Translations under genes and position numbers: made by a program
Part shown: in pieces, positions 34,996 to 48,155 of the stretch
How positions within the stretch are numbered: the first letter of the stretch is position 1
How the letters are laid out: each line of letters begins with the position of its first letter
DNA from: Octopus vulgaris
Taxonomy: Eukaryota
Reading direction: 5' to 3'
NCBI GenBank assembly: GCA_951406725.2
Contig: OX597830.1
Span: 36,518,001-36,582,000, forward strand
Length of the DNA: 64,000 bases
The notes under the pieces: generated by a model
What the model saw: only the letters and a program-made list of their open reading frames with translations
Databases searched by the model: none
What the model was told of the DNA's origin: nothing

Positions 34996-37900
34996 ATGTT
35001 TAACTTTCATCTTAGTTTTCTTTATTTTTGTTTTATTTTTGAGAAGCTAAGAGACCTTGATGGAATCTGTTTTAGTTTCTCAGATTATCTGTATTATGTT
35101 CTTTGCAGAATACTAACTACTGTTTTTTAATGCTTTTGTGACCATATTTTTAAAGAAATTTATTCCTCAGTATTTAACCCTTTCACATTCAGGTTATTCT
35201 ATCAAATATAATGCTTATTTATTCACATTATTTAGAATTTACCATACATTATCTTGTAACTTTGAGGTTTCAAGGTTGTAGCTGTTTAGTTTTATGACAT
35301 TATAGGTTAGGTGTGAGAGGCCAGAAGTAGTCAGTTTGAACATAGAACACAATATTTGGGCTGGATATGGCTAGTTTAAATGCTGAAGGTTAAATTTTGA
35401 AAATATTTAGAATTTAATGAAATAACTTTCATTATTGACTTTTCTGTTTAGAACATGACTTTAAAAAGGGTCTTAGACATTTTAAAGGGATCACCATAAT
35501 CTTATCTCAGTTCAGAATCGGTCTGTGGCAGGCTAGTTTTGAAATAGATAACCTCTTAGCATTCAGATTTTTATATAATGCTTATTTGTTCATGTTGCTT
35601 TGAATTAGTTCTGCATTATCTCATTGCCTCAATATTTCAGTGATGTGATTGCTTTTCAGAATGACATTGTAGGTAGATGTGAGAAGCTGAATCTGGTCAG
35701 TTTGAGCATGAAACAAGCAGAATAATGATGCATTATCTTAAGATTTCAATTATGGAATTGCTCTACTTTTAGAATGATGTAAGGTTTTTGGCCCGTTTGA
35801 ACATAAAACAAATAGAATATTAAGGCTGCGAACTGGCAGAAACGTTAGCATGCCAGGCGAAATGCTTAGCGGTATTTCATCTCCTGTTACGTTCTGAGTT
35901 CAAATTCCGCCAAGGTTGACTTTGCCTTTCATCCTTTTGGGGTCGATAAATTAAGTACTAGTTACGATGTAATCGACTTGATCCCTCCCCTTGTTTAGCC
36001 CCTTGTGGGCAATAAAGAAATAAGACTATTTTGGCTGGTTTAAATGCTAAAGGGTTAAATAATTTTCTGGGAGAATATGAAAACATTCATTAGTTATTCA
36101 GATTTAATTTTTCTATTTGATCCTAATTAGGGTGCTTCCATGATTTAGCATTTACATTATCAACTCTAATGTATAACTTTTCCCCCACTTGATCTACTCT
36201 TCCATATATACATCTATCTTGATATTTCTGCATACTGTTTTATCTTTAGTTAATATACATGAATAGATGCTCAACTTATTCCTCTTTGCTGTAAATTCCC
36301 CACATTCATTGCCAGACAGCATCACATTTAACATGCCTTAAAGCTTGCTTTTTGCATAGAGAGAACTCCTTTATCAAGTGGTATTCACTTCATTCTTGCA
36401 TGTCATTTTCCTGATGCCTTGCAAATTTTATGACTCTGCCACATGCATTCTTTACTATTAGTTATGACTGCCTGCCATTTGGCTGCTTTTACTCCAATAT
36501 AGTTCATAGGCAGTGGAAATCTTGTTCCTCTTGAGTTATCAGTTTGGGCTGTGCTGCTTTCCAAGTGACCTTAATATTCTGAGAGCTTAGCCTTGTTGTC
36601 CTGACCATTTTCAGAACAGTTCAAAGTGATGCTGTAAGCCAATCACTCACTTCTTTATTGACTTAGGCTACTGAATTTGTGAACCTTAGAATAAGTATTC
36701 AATTATAATAGTACCTGTGGTGATTGTTTAGCTCCAGGCTAATTCTGATTGGGGGACATGTATTCTAGCCATGAGCACCTCTGTTTTTCTTCTGGGAATC
36801 CAGGACATTTTCCCCTTTCTTAAAAAGGCTGTTATTTGGGGAGAACATTTGGCTGCTCTAACAAATAACTATAGAGACTGAACTAATTAGGTCCTTCACC
36901 AACTGCATTATGCCTTTATTAATTTCAGTTTTACTCTTCTAAAATATTTCTTTTGCCACTCAACAGTGGCTAATTAAACTAATTACCTAGACAATCAAAA
37001 TGCAATTCCAAATGCTTGTATATAGGAAAGCCTTTAACCCTTTTGATAGCATTTTTATTTTGAGGTACTCTTTCTTTCAATTATTTTAAATATAACAAAG
37101 AATTTAGTAAAATAACTTATTAATCTTATGTTAGGAATATACCAAGACATTTGTATTACAGAGCCAGATTCAACTGGGTTGGTAACGAAAGCGTTAAAAA
37201 CCCTTTTTGTAAATCGCTTTCTTTCTGAGAGTACACTGGTGCTTTTTACCAATGGCATCTTTACTTTCTTGTTACTGTAAATTGTTTGCATCTCTTAGCC
37301 AAAGGTCATTGACAGGATTCCTACACTGCTTCTTGCTAAATTTCTTATGTCTTCTAGTCCTACTACTCTATTGTCCACTGCCTTGGTTATCAAATTGCTT
37401 TCTGTTGCTGTTGGAATAGCATTTCAGTTTTAGTAATCTGCAGGAAAGTTTGAGATGAATTTCAGCTCAAGTCATATGCCAATGAATGATGTGACTGAAA
37501 CTGCATCATTGCTTAGTTGTTGACCTGCATAACTTAGGACTGCTTTTGATCAGAACTGACTTGGGGCTTATGCAAAAGGTCAGCATGTTCAAAGCAGATG
37601 GAACTGCAATTAAAATTTTGTCTGGGTAACTCATTTCCAGAATTTGGGCAGCTGTGCTACTTAGGGGCTACATTTTCCCAGACTTACCTTTGTTCAATAA
37701 CACATTGGTTGAGTAAGCCTATACTAGTAGTATTACAGGCTACAATCATCTTGTGTCTAGTATTACATTATTCACTGAATTTTTTTTATAAGACATTTGT
37801 ATTCAATTTCTAGCAGTTTGAATTCTCAAGTAGAGGTTCTCTATTTCAAGATCATTTGATGTAAAGGTCGTTACTCATATGGCTTGTGCATCTGTAGCAA

Positions 37901-39542
37901 ATCTCTATAAATTAACTCTTGCTTTTTAACAGTAAGATTTCAGTTGTCAAATCAGCTTACTGATAATATAAAATTAGATGTTTTACTAAACTCTTCCAAA
38001 ACTTTCTATTAAAAAGCAATAGAAATCTGGGCAGTTTACTTGTTAGATTATACATTTCTCACCAGGTTTTAACACAGTAACTGGATTTTCCAGTTTGCTT
38101 AACTTTTTCCAGCTTGTTTAACTGATTCAACAGATGTATGGTTGTTTCAGCTTCGATTATCCCAGCTTTTTTATGCAGTGTATTTAGGATTTTATTTAAT
38201 ATTACGTCAGATTACACTAAACAATTATACACCAATACAATTAGTTGGTAATTTCTATCAAGTCAATTGATGACATAGAAGGTGCCTTGTTGGATTTGTC
38301 CGTCTACCTGGTACTACCATTCACTTCACTGTTGACTAGTTTGTTGCATTTATTGGTTTTGCACATGGGCTTGTTTTCAGACTTCATATCAGAACAGGAA
38401 ACTGAACTGTCCAATGTCAGTTGTATTAATTTAACCATAAATCAGTCAGAAATGCTGCTCATTTTGTATGTAAATTGCTGAATTTTATTGGGACAAAACA
38501 CTTTAGATTAATTTGAGAGAAAATTATTTACCTCCGAAGATATAGTGCAGTGAAATTCCTATAACTGTTTTCTATTTTAAGATTTCTGTTCATTGTATGA
38601 AAGTTACGGTAGACAGGTGTCAATTTGTTTTTTATTTATATCTTAATTCTTTAAACAACATATCAAAATCATAAGTGATTCTTTTGAGAACCAAATACTA
38701 TAACTCATTTCTGTATACAAGTATCATGAGATTGAGCTCTAAACATTGATATAGTTTAGAAAGGAATGACCCTGCAATGGAGTCACCATTGTAGCTTCTT
38801 TAAATTGCTAGAAATATCAACCAAATTTCCTTTGAATCGCACATCACTATATTTCTATGTTGTGGGATCAGGGCCTCTGAGACAGGTGATAGTTGGGGAC
38901 CACAACTTGTGGGTGACTTGTAGGAAGTTGTACATAAAAACTGTTCTTTCTTTCTTCAGATGAGACTGAGACATGTTACAATAGTGTGTATCCAGGAATG
39001 TCTGTCTTGTTTTATTGTCCATGTTTGTAACAGTTATTCATGTTCAGAGAAATTGTGGTTCCTAAAATCAACAATACTTGCACCAAAAATAATTTTTTAT
39101 ATTTTAATGGGTAAACGTCACATCAAATTCATTTCACTAAAGCTTACTTGCAGGATATTCTTATTAGAAATATGGTCACAAAAGGATAGGGTGCATGGGT
39201 TAACCTTCTTGATAACATGATCAGTTATTTAATATTTGTAACTTCTACTTGCATGTCATGGTTGGCTGGCTTTTGTTACACATGTAACCTCATTTTATTA
39301 CCAATCCAAGATATCTGAACAGTATGTTCAGTTATGAACCATTTTATCCCTATCACAGTCAGATTCTGCAAAAAAGTGCATCAATCCATCCAGAATGCTG
39401 ACTATAACTTAGATTTACATGACAGCTGCAAAGCTGTTTACCTTTTATTTGCATTTACAAACTCACACCCATTAACACAGGACCAATATACAGAAAAAAA
39501 TACAAATGTACCTCATTCTCACAAATAATGCAAACAAATTGC

Positions 39543-39915
39543 AGGCACAGGAGGGGCTGTGTGGAAAATAGCTTGCTTACCAACCACATGGTTCTGGGTT
39601 CAGTCCCACTGCATGGCACCTTAGGCAAGTGTCTACTATAGCCTTGGGCTGACCAAAGCCTTCAGAATGGATTTGGTTGACGGAAACTAAAAGAAGCACA
39701 TCGTATATTTATATGTATGTTGTGTGTTTGTCCCCCTAACATTGCTTGACAACCAATTCTGGTGTGTTTACATCCCTGTAACTTAGCTGTTGGCAAAAGA
39801 GACAATTAGAATAAGTACAAGGCTTACAAAGAACAGGTCCTGGGGTAGATTTGTTTGACTAAAGGTGGTGCTCCAGCATGGCCACAGTCAACTGAAACAA
39901 ATAGAAAAGTAAAAG
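39543..39915 (+). mobile_element. SINE family A
   Basis: Full head and body matching the consensus. Confidence 0.8.
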
Positions 39916-42829
39916 GTTATATTCACTACAGAAAAAGATGGATCATCATTTGACATCTGTTTTCCATGCTAGCATTGGTTGGACAATTTGACAGGAGCTA
40001 GCAAGCCAGAGCTGCCCCTAGCCCCAATTGTCTGTTTTAACATGGTTTCTACTGCTGGATGCTCTTCGTAATACCAACCATTTTACAGGGTGTACTAGTT
40101 GCATTTTGCATGGGTTCTTTTCACATGGCACCACTGCAGATGATGAAAATATGTAACAATTGAAGCTTCACTGCTGTGGGCCACAAGTTTGGTGTCATTG
40201 AATCTACCATTCCATGTACAACATGCATGGAGATGGTTCGTTTATCACTATTTTTGGCACCAAAGCCTCCGAGATAAATGCAGTTAGATGTACACAGGTC
40301 AAGTCTGATCTTCAAAGCAGCATTGATGTAGGTCACCTGGGCAAATTGTACAGTAATAATTAATCGGTGTATGCTACAGACTCCACATCTATATTGATGC
40401 TCACCATGTTTAGAGAAACAAAAAAATCCAAAGTTGGTTGTCACTAAGTTTATATAATTGCTGTTTTTAGCAGATTTAAGAAACACTTGTAAGCAGTTTA
40501 TCTTGCATACCTTAATCCGGTAGCACGCCATGCGAAATGCGTAGCCGTTACGTTCTGGGTTCAAATTCTGCCGAGGTTGACTTTGCCTTTCATCCTTTCG
40601 GGGTCGATAAATTAAGTACCAGTTATGCACTGGGGCCGATGGGATCGATTTAATCGCTTTGTCCTTGTTTGTCCCCTCTGTGGGTAGTAAAGAAATATAC
40701 CTTAATCTAATTTAGAATATTGCTCTACTTTTTATGAGGTCTTTTTGGTAACCTTAAGACCAGACACTTTAAACATGGTAGTTTGAGCAAACTTGTTATT
40801 TTACTAAACGTTTACTGCTGGATATTCTTGTTAGAAATATGGTCACAAAAAAGGTTGATTTTCTTTTCTTTAACCCTTTAGCATTCAGATTATTGTGGAA
40901 TGTAATGCTTATTTAGTCAGCTTTTATAATTAATCATGCATAGGGTGGTGAGCTGGCAGAAACGTTAGCACACCCGTAGCAGTATTTCGTCTGTCATTAC
41001 ATTCTCAGTTCACATTCTGCTGAGGTTGACTTTTCCTTTCACCCATTCGGGATCAATAGATTAAGTACTAGTTGCTTACTGGGGTTGATCTAATCAACTG
41101 GCTCCCTCCCCAAAAATTTTGGGCCATGTGCCAAGAATTGAAAAGAAAATTATGAATAATCTTGTAGCTTAGAGATTTTGATGGGGTGTTTTTTTTGTGC
41201 CATTTTAGAGTGAAGAGTTGAATTGGGTCACTTTCAACACATAACTTGAATCTTTGGGTCTGGTTTGAATAATTTAAATGCTAAAGGGATATTTTTTTCT
41301 TTTTTAAGGGCCGAGTCACAATTCATTTTTCTATCTGAATACAAAACGCTTTCTTAGGGTTTAAACGATGTTTAAGCTTCTCATTTTATTTTGCAGACTT
41401 AGTATATCTAGGACTATACAATTTTTAGTTTTTTAGATTTGGCTGCTATTTCTAGCAGTTTAACATGTTGAAGCTCTTTAACTTACTTGTTATCCAGTTT
41501 CATATATTCCATGAGCATGTTGTCCTGGAATTTAGGAACATTTAAAATAGTGTCCATTTTTTCTTTTAAACCTAAGGTTACGTTTTGACTTATAGAAGTT
41601 CTCTGCTTCTAAAGTAATTCTTGAACAGGATGTTGCATGACACTTGTGGTAATGTTACCCTATTAACCTTTTAAAGCAACCCTATCCAATCCAGATATTC
41701 TGTTTTGTATTCACAGGCCAGATCTGGCCTATCATCCTGTCCTACAATGTCGTTCTAAATATGAGCAATCATATCAAAATCTTGAAACTGAGATAATGCT
41801 TGGTTAATTCAAAGCATTGGGAATAAATCTGAATGCTAAAGGATTTAAATTTGATAGTTCAGATGTTTAGGATTTTTTACAAAGTGGGAGAGAATCTCCA
41901 GTTCTAACAACATTGTCAGAGATAAATATACAATACCAGCATCATGTGGAAGTAGGCCTTACATTTTTATCATTGTAAATGTTTTAACATCCATTTTCAC
42001 ATGCCAACACCATGTAAAAGCAACCCAGTAGACTTTATAAAGTTGTTGGGTTTCCGGAAGGGCATCCAATTGCAGAAACCATACCAAACATCCAATTGGG
42101 GCCTGGTGCAGTACTCTGTCTTGCCAGCATGGAAAATGGACATTTAAACAGGGATGAGGATTTTCCATGTTTGTGTGGGTCAAGAGATTCGTTGTGGCAG
42201 ATTTTCTGCAACCAGATGCTATTTTCATCACCAGCCCTCACCTCTTTACAAGCAAATATTCCCCCATGACCAGAAATGTTTTAATGGAGGATTAGAAACG
42301 AATGACGTCGCTTATATTAGGGTGACACAACAGTTGCATGATGTCAAGACAAGGAGACACATACATATGTTCCTGTTTAGCAAATCTACTCTAAAAGCTT
42401 TGGTAACACTGAGGCTGTAGAAGACAGTCCAAGGTGGCATGCAGTAGGACTGAACCTGAAGCCATGTGAGGACGCAAGCTCCTTAACCACACATACATGC
42501 AGTGCGGGTTATTTCAAGTTTAGAAGTGATGTTTTAGGGACCAATGGGTCCTTTGTTTTGTTTCTTTTTGTCAAAACCTTTTAATACCAGGATGAGACAT
42601 TTGGTACATAAGCCTGTTTTTGCTCTGGGGACCAACACACATGCTTGCAAAGAAATACTCACAACAGAACAAAAGAGAGATTGTAATTTATCAATTGAAC
42701 ACAACATACATTCTTACATAAACAGAATGAGAGGAACTTTAAAATGCCTGATTGCAGATAAGTCAGCAATGCCAACTAAACCAACAAAATGTCTCCTGCC
42801 CTTTTTTTTTTTATTATTATAACCCTCTT

Positions 42830-43500
42830 TCACTCAGCTTGACAGGTCTTAACAAGCACAGCATATCACCCAATGACAGAGAGCTGCTTTTAGTGGGCCA
42901 ATTACACGACACTGGCATCGGCCATGACTATGATCTCATTTGGCATGATGGTTCTTCTCAAGCATGGCATATTGCCAAAAGTGTTGGTCACTTGTCATTG
43001 CCTCCATGAAGGCCAACATTTGAAGATCAAGTTTCACCACCTTGTCCCATGTCTTCCTAGGTCTACCTCTTCAACAGGTTCCCATCACCATTAGAGTGCG
43101 ACACTTCACACAAATGTTCTCGTATGCATCTCATGACCATACTAACACGGTCGTATCTCTTGCACACCAATTTGGATGCTTCTTATGCCCAATTTTACTC
43201 TCAGGACACTTACTCTGACATAATATATCCAGCGGAGCATGCTAGCTTCATTTCTTGCAAGCCTACGCATGTCCTCAGCAGTCACAGCCCATGTTTTACT
43301 GCTGTGTAGCATGGCTGTTCATACACACTCATCATACAGTCTGCCTTCCACTCTGAGCGAGGGGCCCTTTGTTACCAGCAGAAGTAGGAGCTCCTTGAAC
43401 TTTGCCCAGCCAATTCATATTCTAGTAGCTATGCTCTCAAAGCATTTACTCCCACTACTGACTTGATCACCTAGGTAACGGAAGCTATCAACTACTATAG
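42830..43500 (-). mobile_element. RTE-clade LINE 3' fragment (ORF C-terminus plus 3' UTR)
   Basis: The minus strand encodes VVDSFRYLGDQVS and RGRPRKTWDKVVKLDLQML, typical RTE RT-downstream and C-terminal motifs, running into the abundant family B sequence. Confidence 0.8.
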
Positions 43501-45041
43501 TTTCATATTTCTTTATTATCCACAAAGGGCTAAACATAGAGGGGACAGACAAAGGGATTAAGTCGGTTACATCGATCCCAGTGCATAACTGATACTTAAT
43601 TTAACAACCCCAAAAGGATGAAAGGCAAAGTCGACTTCGGCGGAATTTGAACTCAGAACATAACAGCAGACGAAATACCACTGAGCATTTCGCCCAGCAG
43701 GCTAACATTTCTGCCAGCTCGCTGCCTTTTCTCCACTGGATGGAAGAAATATTTAACATTTTAGAATTTATTTGGAAAAGGGCTCTTTATTTTTATTTAC
43801 CATATTTGATGGCATAAAAGAAACAGCTAGATTTCAGCAATGTATATTCAGAAAAAATTGTCTTTGGTGCCTTTTACATCAACTCTACAATGCTATTCAG
43901 AAAATAAACAATCACATCACTGAATTCTAATCTCTTACAAGATAATGCATGTATAATTGAAAATAATGTGAATAAATAATCTTTACATTGACAGAGTAAT
44001 TTAAGGGTTAGACTAGAACTTAGACTTGCATTACTCTGGTGTTGATAGAAATCAGCAAGGTGGAATTTGAGCTTAGTTCATTACACCTAGTCTTCACTTG
44101 TGAGCAAGTATGGTTTAGTAGTATGTACCATATATTTGTTAGTTGTTTTAGGTGCCTGAGCAGACATGGATATCCTCTTTGTCTCCAGCATCCTTGAACA
44201 TAACCACCAAAGGTAGAGAGGGCTGCACAGGCAACAGCACTGGTACTTTCTTTACAGCTGAGTGGACTGATGCAATGCGAAATGAAGTGCTTTGCTCAAA
44301 GGCACAATGCAACAACTGGCCTAGGAATTGAACCCATGACATCAGTATTGTGAGCTGAAAGCTTTACCCACTAAGCCATGTATATTTAAAGCCACAAAAT
44401 AGTTTCTCAAGAATTTTATTGATTCAGTCATCCATTACATTCATTATTGTATACTTGTTTTAATCATTGGACTGCAGCCATGCTGGGGCACCACTGCGAA
44501 AGGATCAGTCTACCAATCAAACTCAGTACTTACCTTCTTTTAGAAGTCCAGTACTTATTCTATCAATCTCCTTTTACAAACCATTAAATTACCAGACATA
44601 AACAAACCAACACCAGTTGTCAAGCAGTGGAGTGTGGGGAACAAATACAAACACACATAGTAGGGTTGCAATTGCACAACAGTTACTAATCGGTGCAGCT
44701 GAAACCTGTGTAGATCTATGTAAAGATGTATATATATTAAAAGAATTGAATGTAATGCTATGCAATTTCATAATATTCTTTATAATTAATAACGTTTATA
44801 TATAATAATTACACATAATACACATATATATGCCTGTATGGGTACAGGACGTCACCAACAATAAACATTAAATATGCAAATAACGAGAAAAAAAGGACAA
44901 TACAAAGAATGACCCTTCATCAGTTGTCGGCTTTCCATCCACCCTCCATTTCGAGATGTATTAAATATATATATATGTATGTATGTATGTATAGAAATAT
45001 ATGTATGTTATATAAATATATATGTGTGTGTGAGTATATAT

Positions 45042-45220
45042 ATTGTTTCAGTAATTTGAGTGCGACCATGCTGGAGCACCGCCTTTAGTTGAACAAATCG
45101 ACCCCAGGACTTATTCTTTGTTAGCCTAGTACTTATCCTGTCAGTATCTTTTGCTGAACTGCTAAGTTACAGGGATGTAAACACAACAGCATTGGTTGTC
45201 AAGCGATGTTGGGGGAACAA

Positions 45221-45251
<31 letters not shown>

Positions 45252-45410
45252 CGACAGGCTTCTTTCAGTTTCTGTCTACCAAATCTACTCACAAGGCTTT
45301 GGTCAGCCCAAGACTATAGTAGAAGACACTTGCCCAGGGTGCCATGCAGTGGGACTGAACCCAGAACCATGTGGTTGGTAAGCAAGCTACTTCGTACACA
45401 GCCACTTCTG
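45042..45410 (-). mobile_element. SINE family A
   Basis: Reverse complement of the consensus; the same spurious ORFs appear as at 60741-61088. Confidence 0.8.
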
Positions 45411-46187
45411 TATATATATATATATATATGAGGCTCTGGGAGGGTAGAAAAATAGGGTATTTCCAATGTTGCACTCAACCTGATCTTTAGGCTATCTACA
45501 CTGTCAGATTCCAGTCTAATATCAGAATTCTTCAGATATAGAAAATCCAGATTGTGTGAGTTTAGCAAAAAGTAAAATATAATCCAAATAGGAAGACAAT
45601 GAAAGACTTTAATCCCTTATCTTTAAGGATCAGCTACAATTGTCTCTGTAGCAACTCTGCTTTCAATGCCAGTCCACACAAAAATTTATGTAATATCTGT
45701 GGTTTTAACCCTTTAGTATTTAAACCGGCCCAAATATTCTACTTGTTTTATGTTCAGACTGGCCATATTCAGCCTCTCATACCTACTCTACAATGTCATT
45801 CTAAAAATAAGCAACCACATCATCAAAATCTTAAAGCTTCAAGATAATGCATGATTACTTCAAAACAGTGTAAACCAAAAAGCATCTAATTTGATGGAGT
45901 ACTCTGAAAATTAAAGCATTAAACATTACAGTTGCACTTCTTCAGACCTGCATCAAAGGTTCACTCTTACCTTCTGTGGACAAAAATGATGTAAATTATT
46001 ATTAGTATCACTGACATATATTTATGTCAGATATCTGTATAGGAATTCTCTTTGACTACTTTTAAGAATAAGAGTCTCTGTGTGGTTCCTTGATAAACTA
46101 GAAATGACAGCCAAATTGCACTGGACTGTTTAAAAAAAAGAAACAATATATTAAATAGTGCAGTCTTCATACACAGTTTCAAAAGCA

Positions 46188-46731
46188 TAGCCTCACCAAG
46201 GCGATGACAGGTGACTGAGATCTTTGGAGATATGCTGTGCTTCAGAAGACCTGGCAAGCCAAGTGAGACCGTAACCATGGCCTATGCCAGTGCAGCATAA
46301 CCAGCCCATTTAAGAGTACCCTTCAGTCATTGGGCAATAAACTGTGTCTGCAAAGACCTGTTGAGGCAAGTGAAGTCGGTGTCGTGGCCAATGACAGTAC
46401 TGCCTGATTGGTACCCTTGCTGGTGGCATGTAAAAAAGCACCATTCAAGCATGATCGTTGCTGGTGCTGCCTGACTAGCTCCTGTGCCAATGGCACGTAA
46501 AAAGCACCATTCAAGGATGGTTGATGCCAGTGCCGTCTCACTGGTCCTCGTGCCGGTGGCACATACAAAGCACCCACTACACTCTCGGAGTGGTTGGTGT
46601 TAAGAAGGGCATCCAGCTGTAGAAACTTTGCCAGATCGAATTGGAGCCTGGTGCAGCCTTCTGGCTTGCCAGCCCTCAAACCGTCCTACCCATGCCAGCA
46701 TGGGAAGCAGACGTTAAATGATGATGATGAG
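46188..46731 (+). mobile_element. RTE-derived 3' end (family B) with (GAT)n tail
   Basis: Runs from the ORF-end sequence seen at 42960-43020 through GGTTGG.GTTA.GAAGGGCATCCAGCTGTAGAAAC to GACGTTAAATGATGATGATGA. Other copies at about 130-415, 3925-4365, 13400-13630, 19445-19850, 21625-21880, 25665-25975 and 33645-33955. Confidence 0.78.
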
Positions 46732-48026
46732 TGCTGGATTTTCAATGTTTGACCACTTATTATCATAGGTTTACCAATTATCTCTGATTTGGACTCTAAA
46801 CTGCTTAGTATAGAGTCCTCTATCGCTAGAATATATGGAAGAGCTTGCAAGTGAGAAATGTCAACAATCCAAAACTAGGAACTGGAATAAGATGCTTAGC
46901 GGGATTCCCTCTGGCTTTACTTTCTGAGTTCAAATTCAGCTGAGGTGAACTTTACCATCCGCCCCTTTTGGGGTTGATACAGATAAGTAACAATTGAGTA
47001 CTGAGGTTGATGTAATTGACAAGACCCCTCTGCCAAAATTTCAGGCCTTGTGACTATAATAGAAAGAATTCTTATTGCTGAAGGTATGACAGAATTCTTA
47101 ACACATCAGAGAAAAATACTCAGTGGTGTTTCTTCTGACTATTTACTTTTTTAGTTCAAATCCTGCTGACATCTACTTTACCTTTAATCCTTTCAGGGAC
47201 GATGAAATTAAGTACGAGTCAATTGACCAGCCTCGTTTCCTCAAAAGTGCTGGCCTTGTGCCAAAATTAGAAAGAATTGTTAATACAAAAGGTGGTAGAC
47301 ACATTTGCATTTCATCCATCTTTACAATCTGTGTTTAGTGTCACTCAGCTCGACTTGGCCTTTCATCATTTTGAGGCCGATGAGATAAAGTACCAGTCAA
47401 GTACTGTAGTAAATGGAATCAACTAACCCCTTCCACTAAAATTATTTGTGTTAAGATTTGAAATAATTATTAATGTTAAAGGCTTTGAGAAAAACACGAT
47501 AGTAATAAAATCTCCCTTTAAAATATCATCTTGTACATTGAAAACGAACGTTTTTGGTCATGAATGTCGAAATTTTCGTTTATTTAAAAAAATATAATCT
47601 TGTTATTCGAGTGTCATTTAGAAGTATGCACGTATTTTAGATTTTCGATAATGGTAAATAGCTATTGTTTTTTTTTTCATCTAATGAAAGGCATGGCTGT
47701 GTGGTGAGAAGTTTGTTTCCCAATCACACGGCTTTGGGTTTAGTGCCACTGAATAGCACCTTGGGAAAGTTTCTTCTCCGACTGACCCGGGCTGACCGAA
47801 GTCTTGTGAGTGGATTTAGAAGAAAGAAGCTGAAAGAAACCCGTCATATATATATGTTGGTGATGTCCTGTATTTGATGTATCACATATATATATATATG
47901 TATATATATATAATAGTATTTTATAAGCTTAAAGCTTATAAGCGATCACCGTGCAATGACTAAAGTAAATAGTCTAATAAAGAGGCATATAAGCACTTGA
48001 CAGAAGACAGAAAAAGTAGGTTTTTT

Positions 48027-48073
<47 letters not shown>

Positions 48074-48091
48074 TAAATCTATGTCTTGGCA

Positions 48092-48155
48092 TAGAGTGAC
48101 TAATGGTTTCGCATCCATAAAGCGCTTAGCTTTATAGACGAGTTATCAGACTCTA
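48092..48155 (-). ncRNA. Degenerate type I hammerhead ribozyme motif (Penelope-type)
   Basis: Minus strand: TAGAGT-CTGATAA-CT-CGTCTATAAAGC-TAAGC-GCTTTATGGATG-C-GAAA-C-CATTA-GTC-ACTCTA. 6-bp stem I, 12-bp stem II, minimal stem III and a GUC site; G8 is replaced by A. Confidence 0.6.

Noticed and set aside
37800-39000. Possible decayed retroelement ORF or host exons
   Set aside because: Only short ORFs with no recognisable motif and no consistent splice chain.
40121-40630. 169-aa minus-strand ORF
   Set aside because: It begins inside a family D SINE, and the remainder has no recognisable domain or splice support.
39110-40860. Duplicated GGATATTCTT.TTAGAAATATGGTCACAAAA segment as an H/ACA snoRNA pair
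   Set aside because: A third, inverted copy occurs at ~35135, and the sequence resembles the TTAACCCTTT-type MITE terminus.
44895-44960. CTGATGA hammerhead box on the minus strand
   Set aside because: No downstream stem II and GAAA in the correct order.
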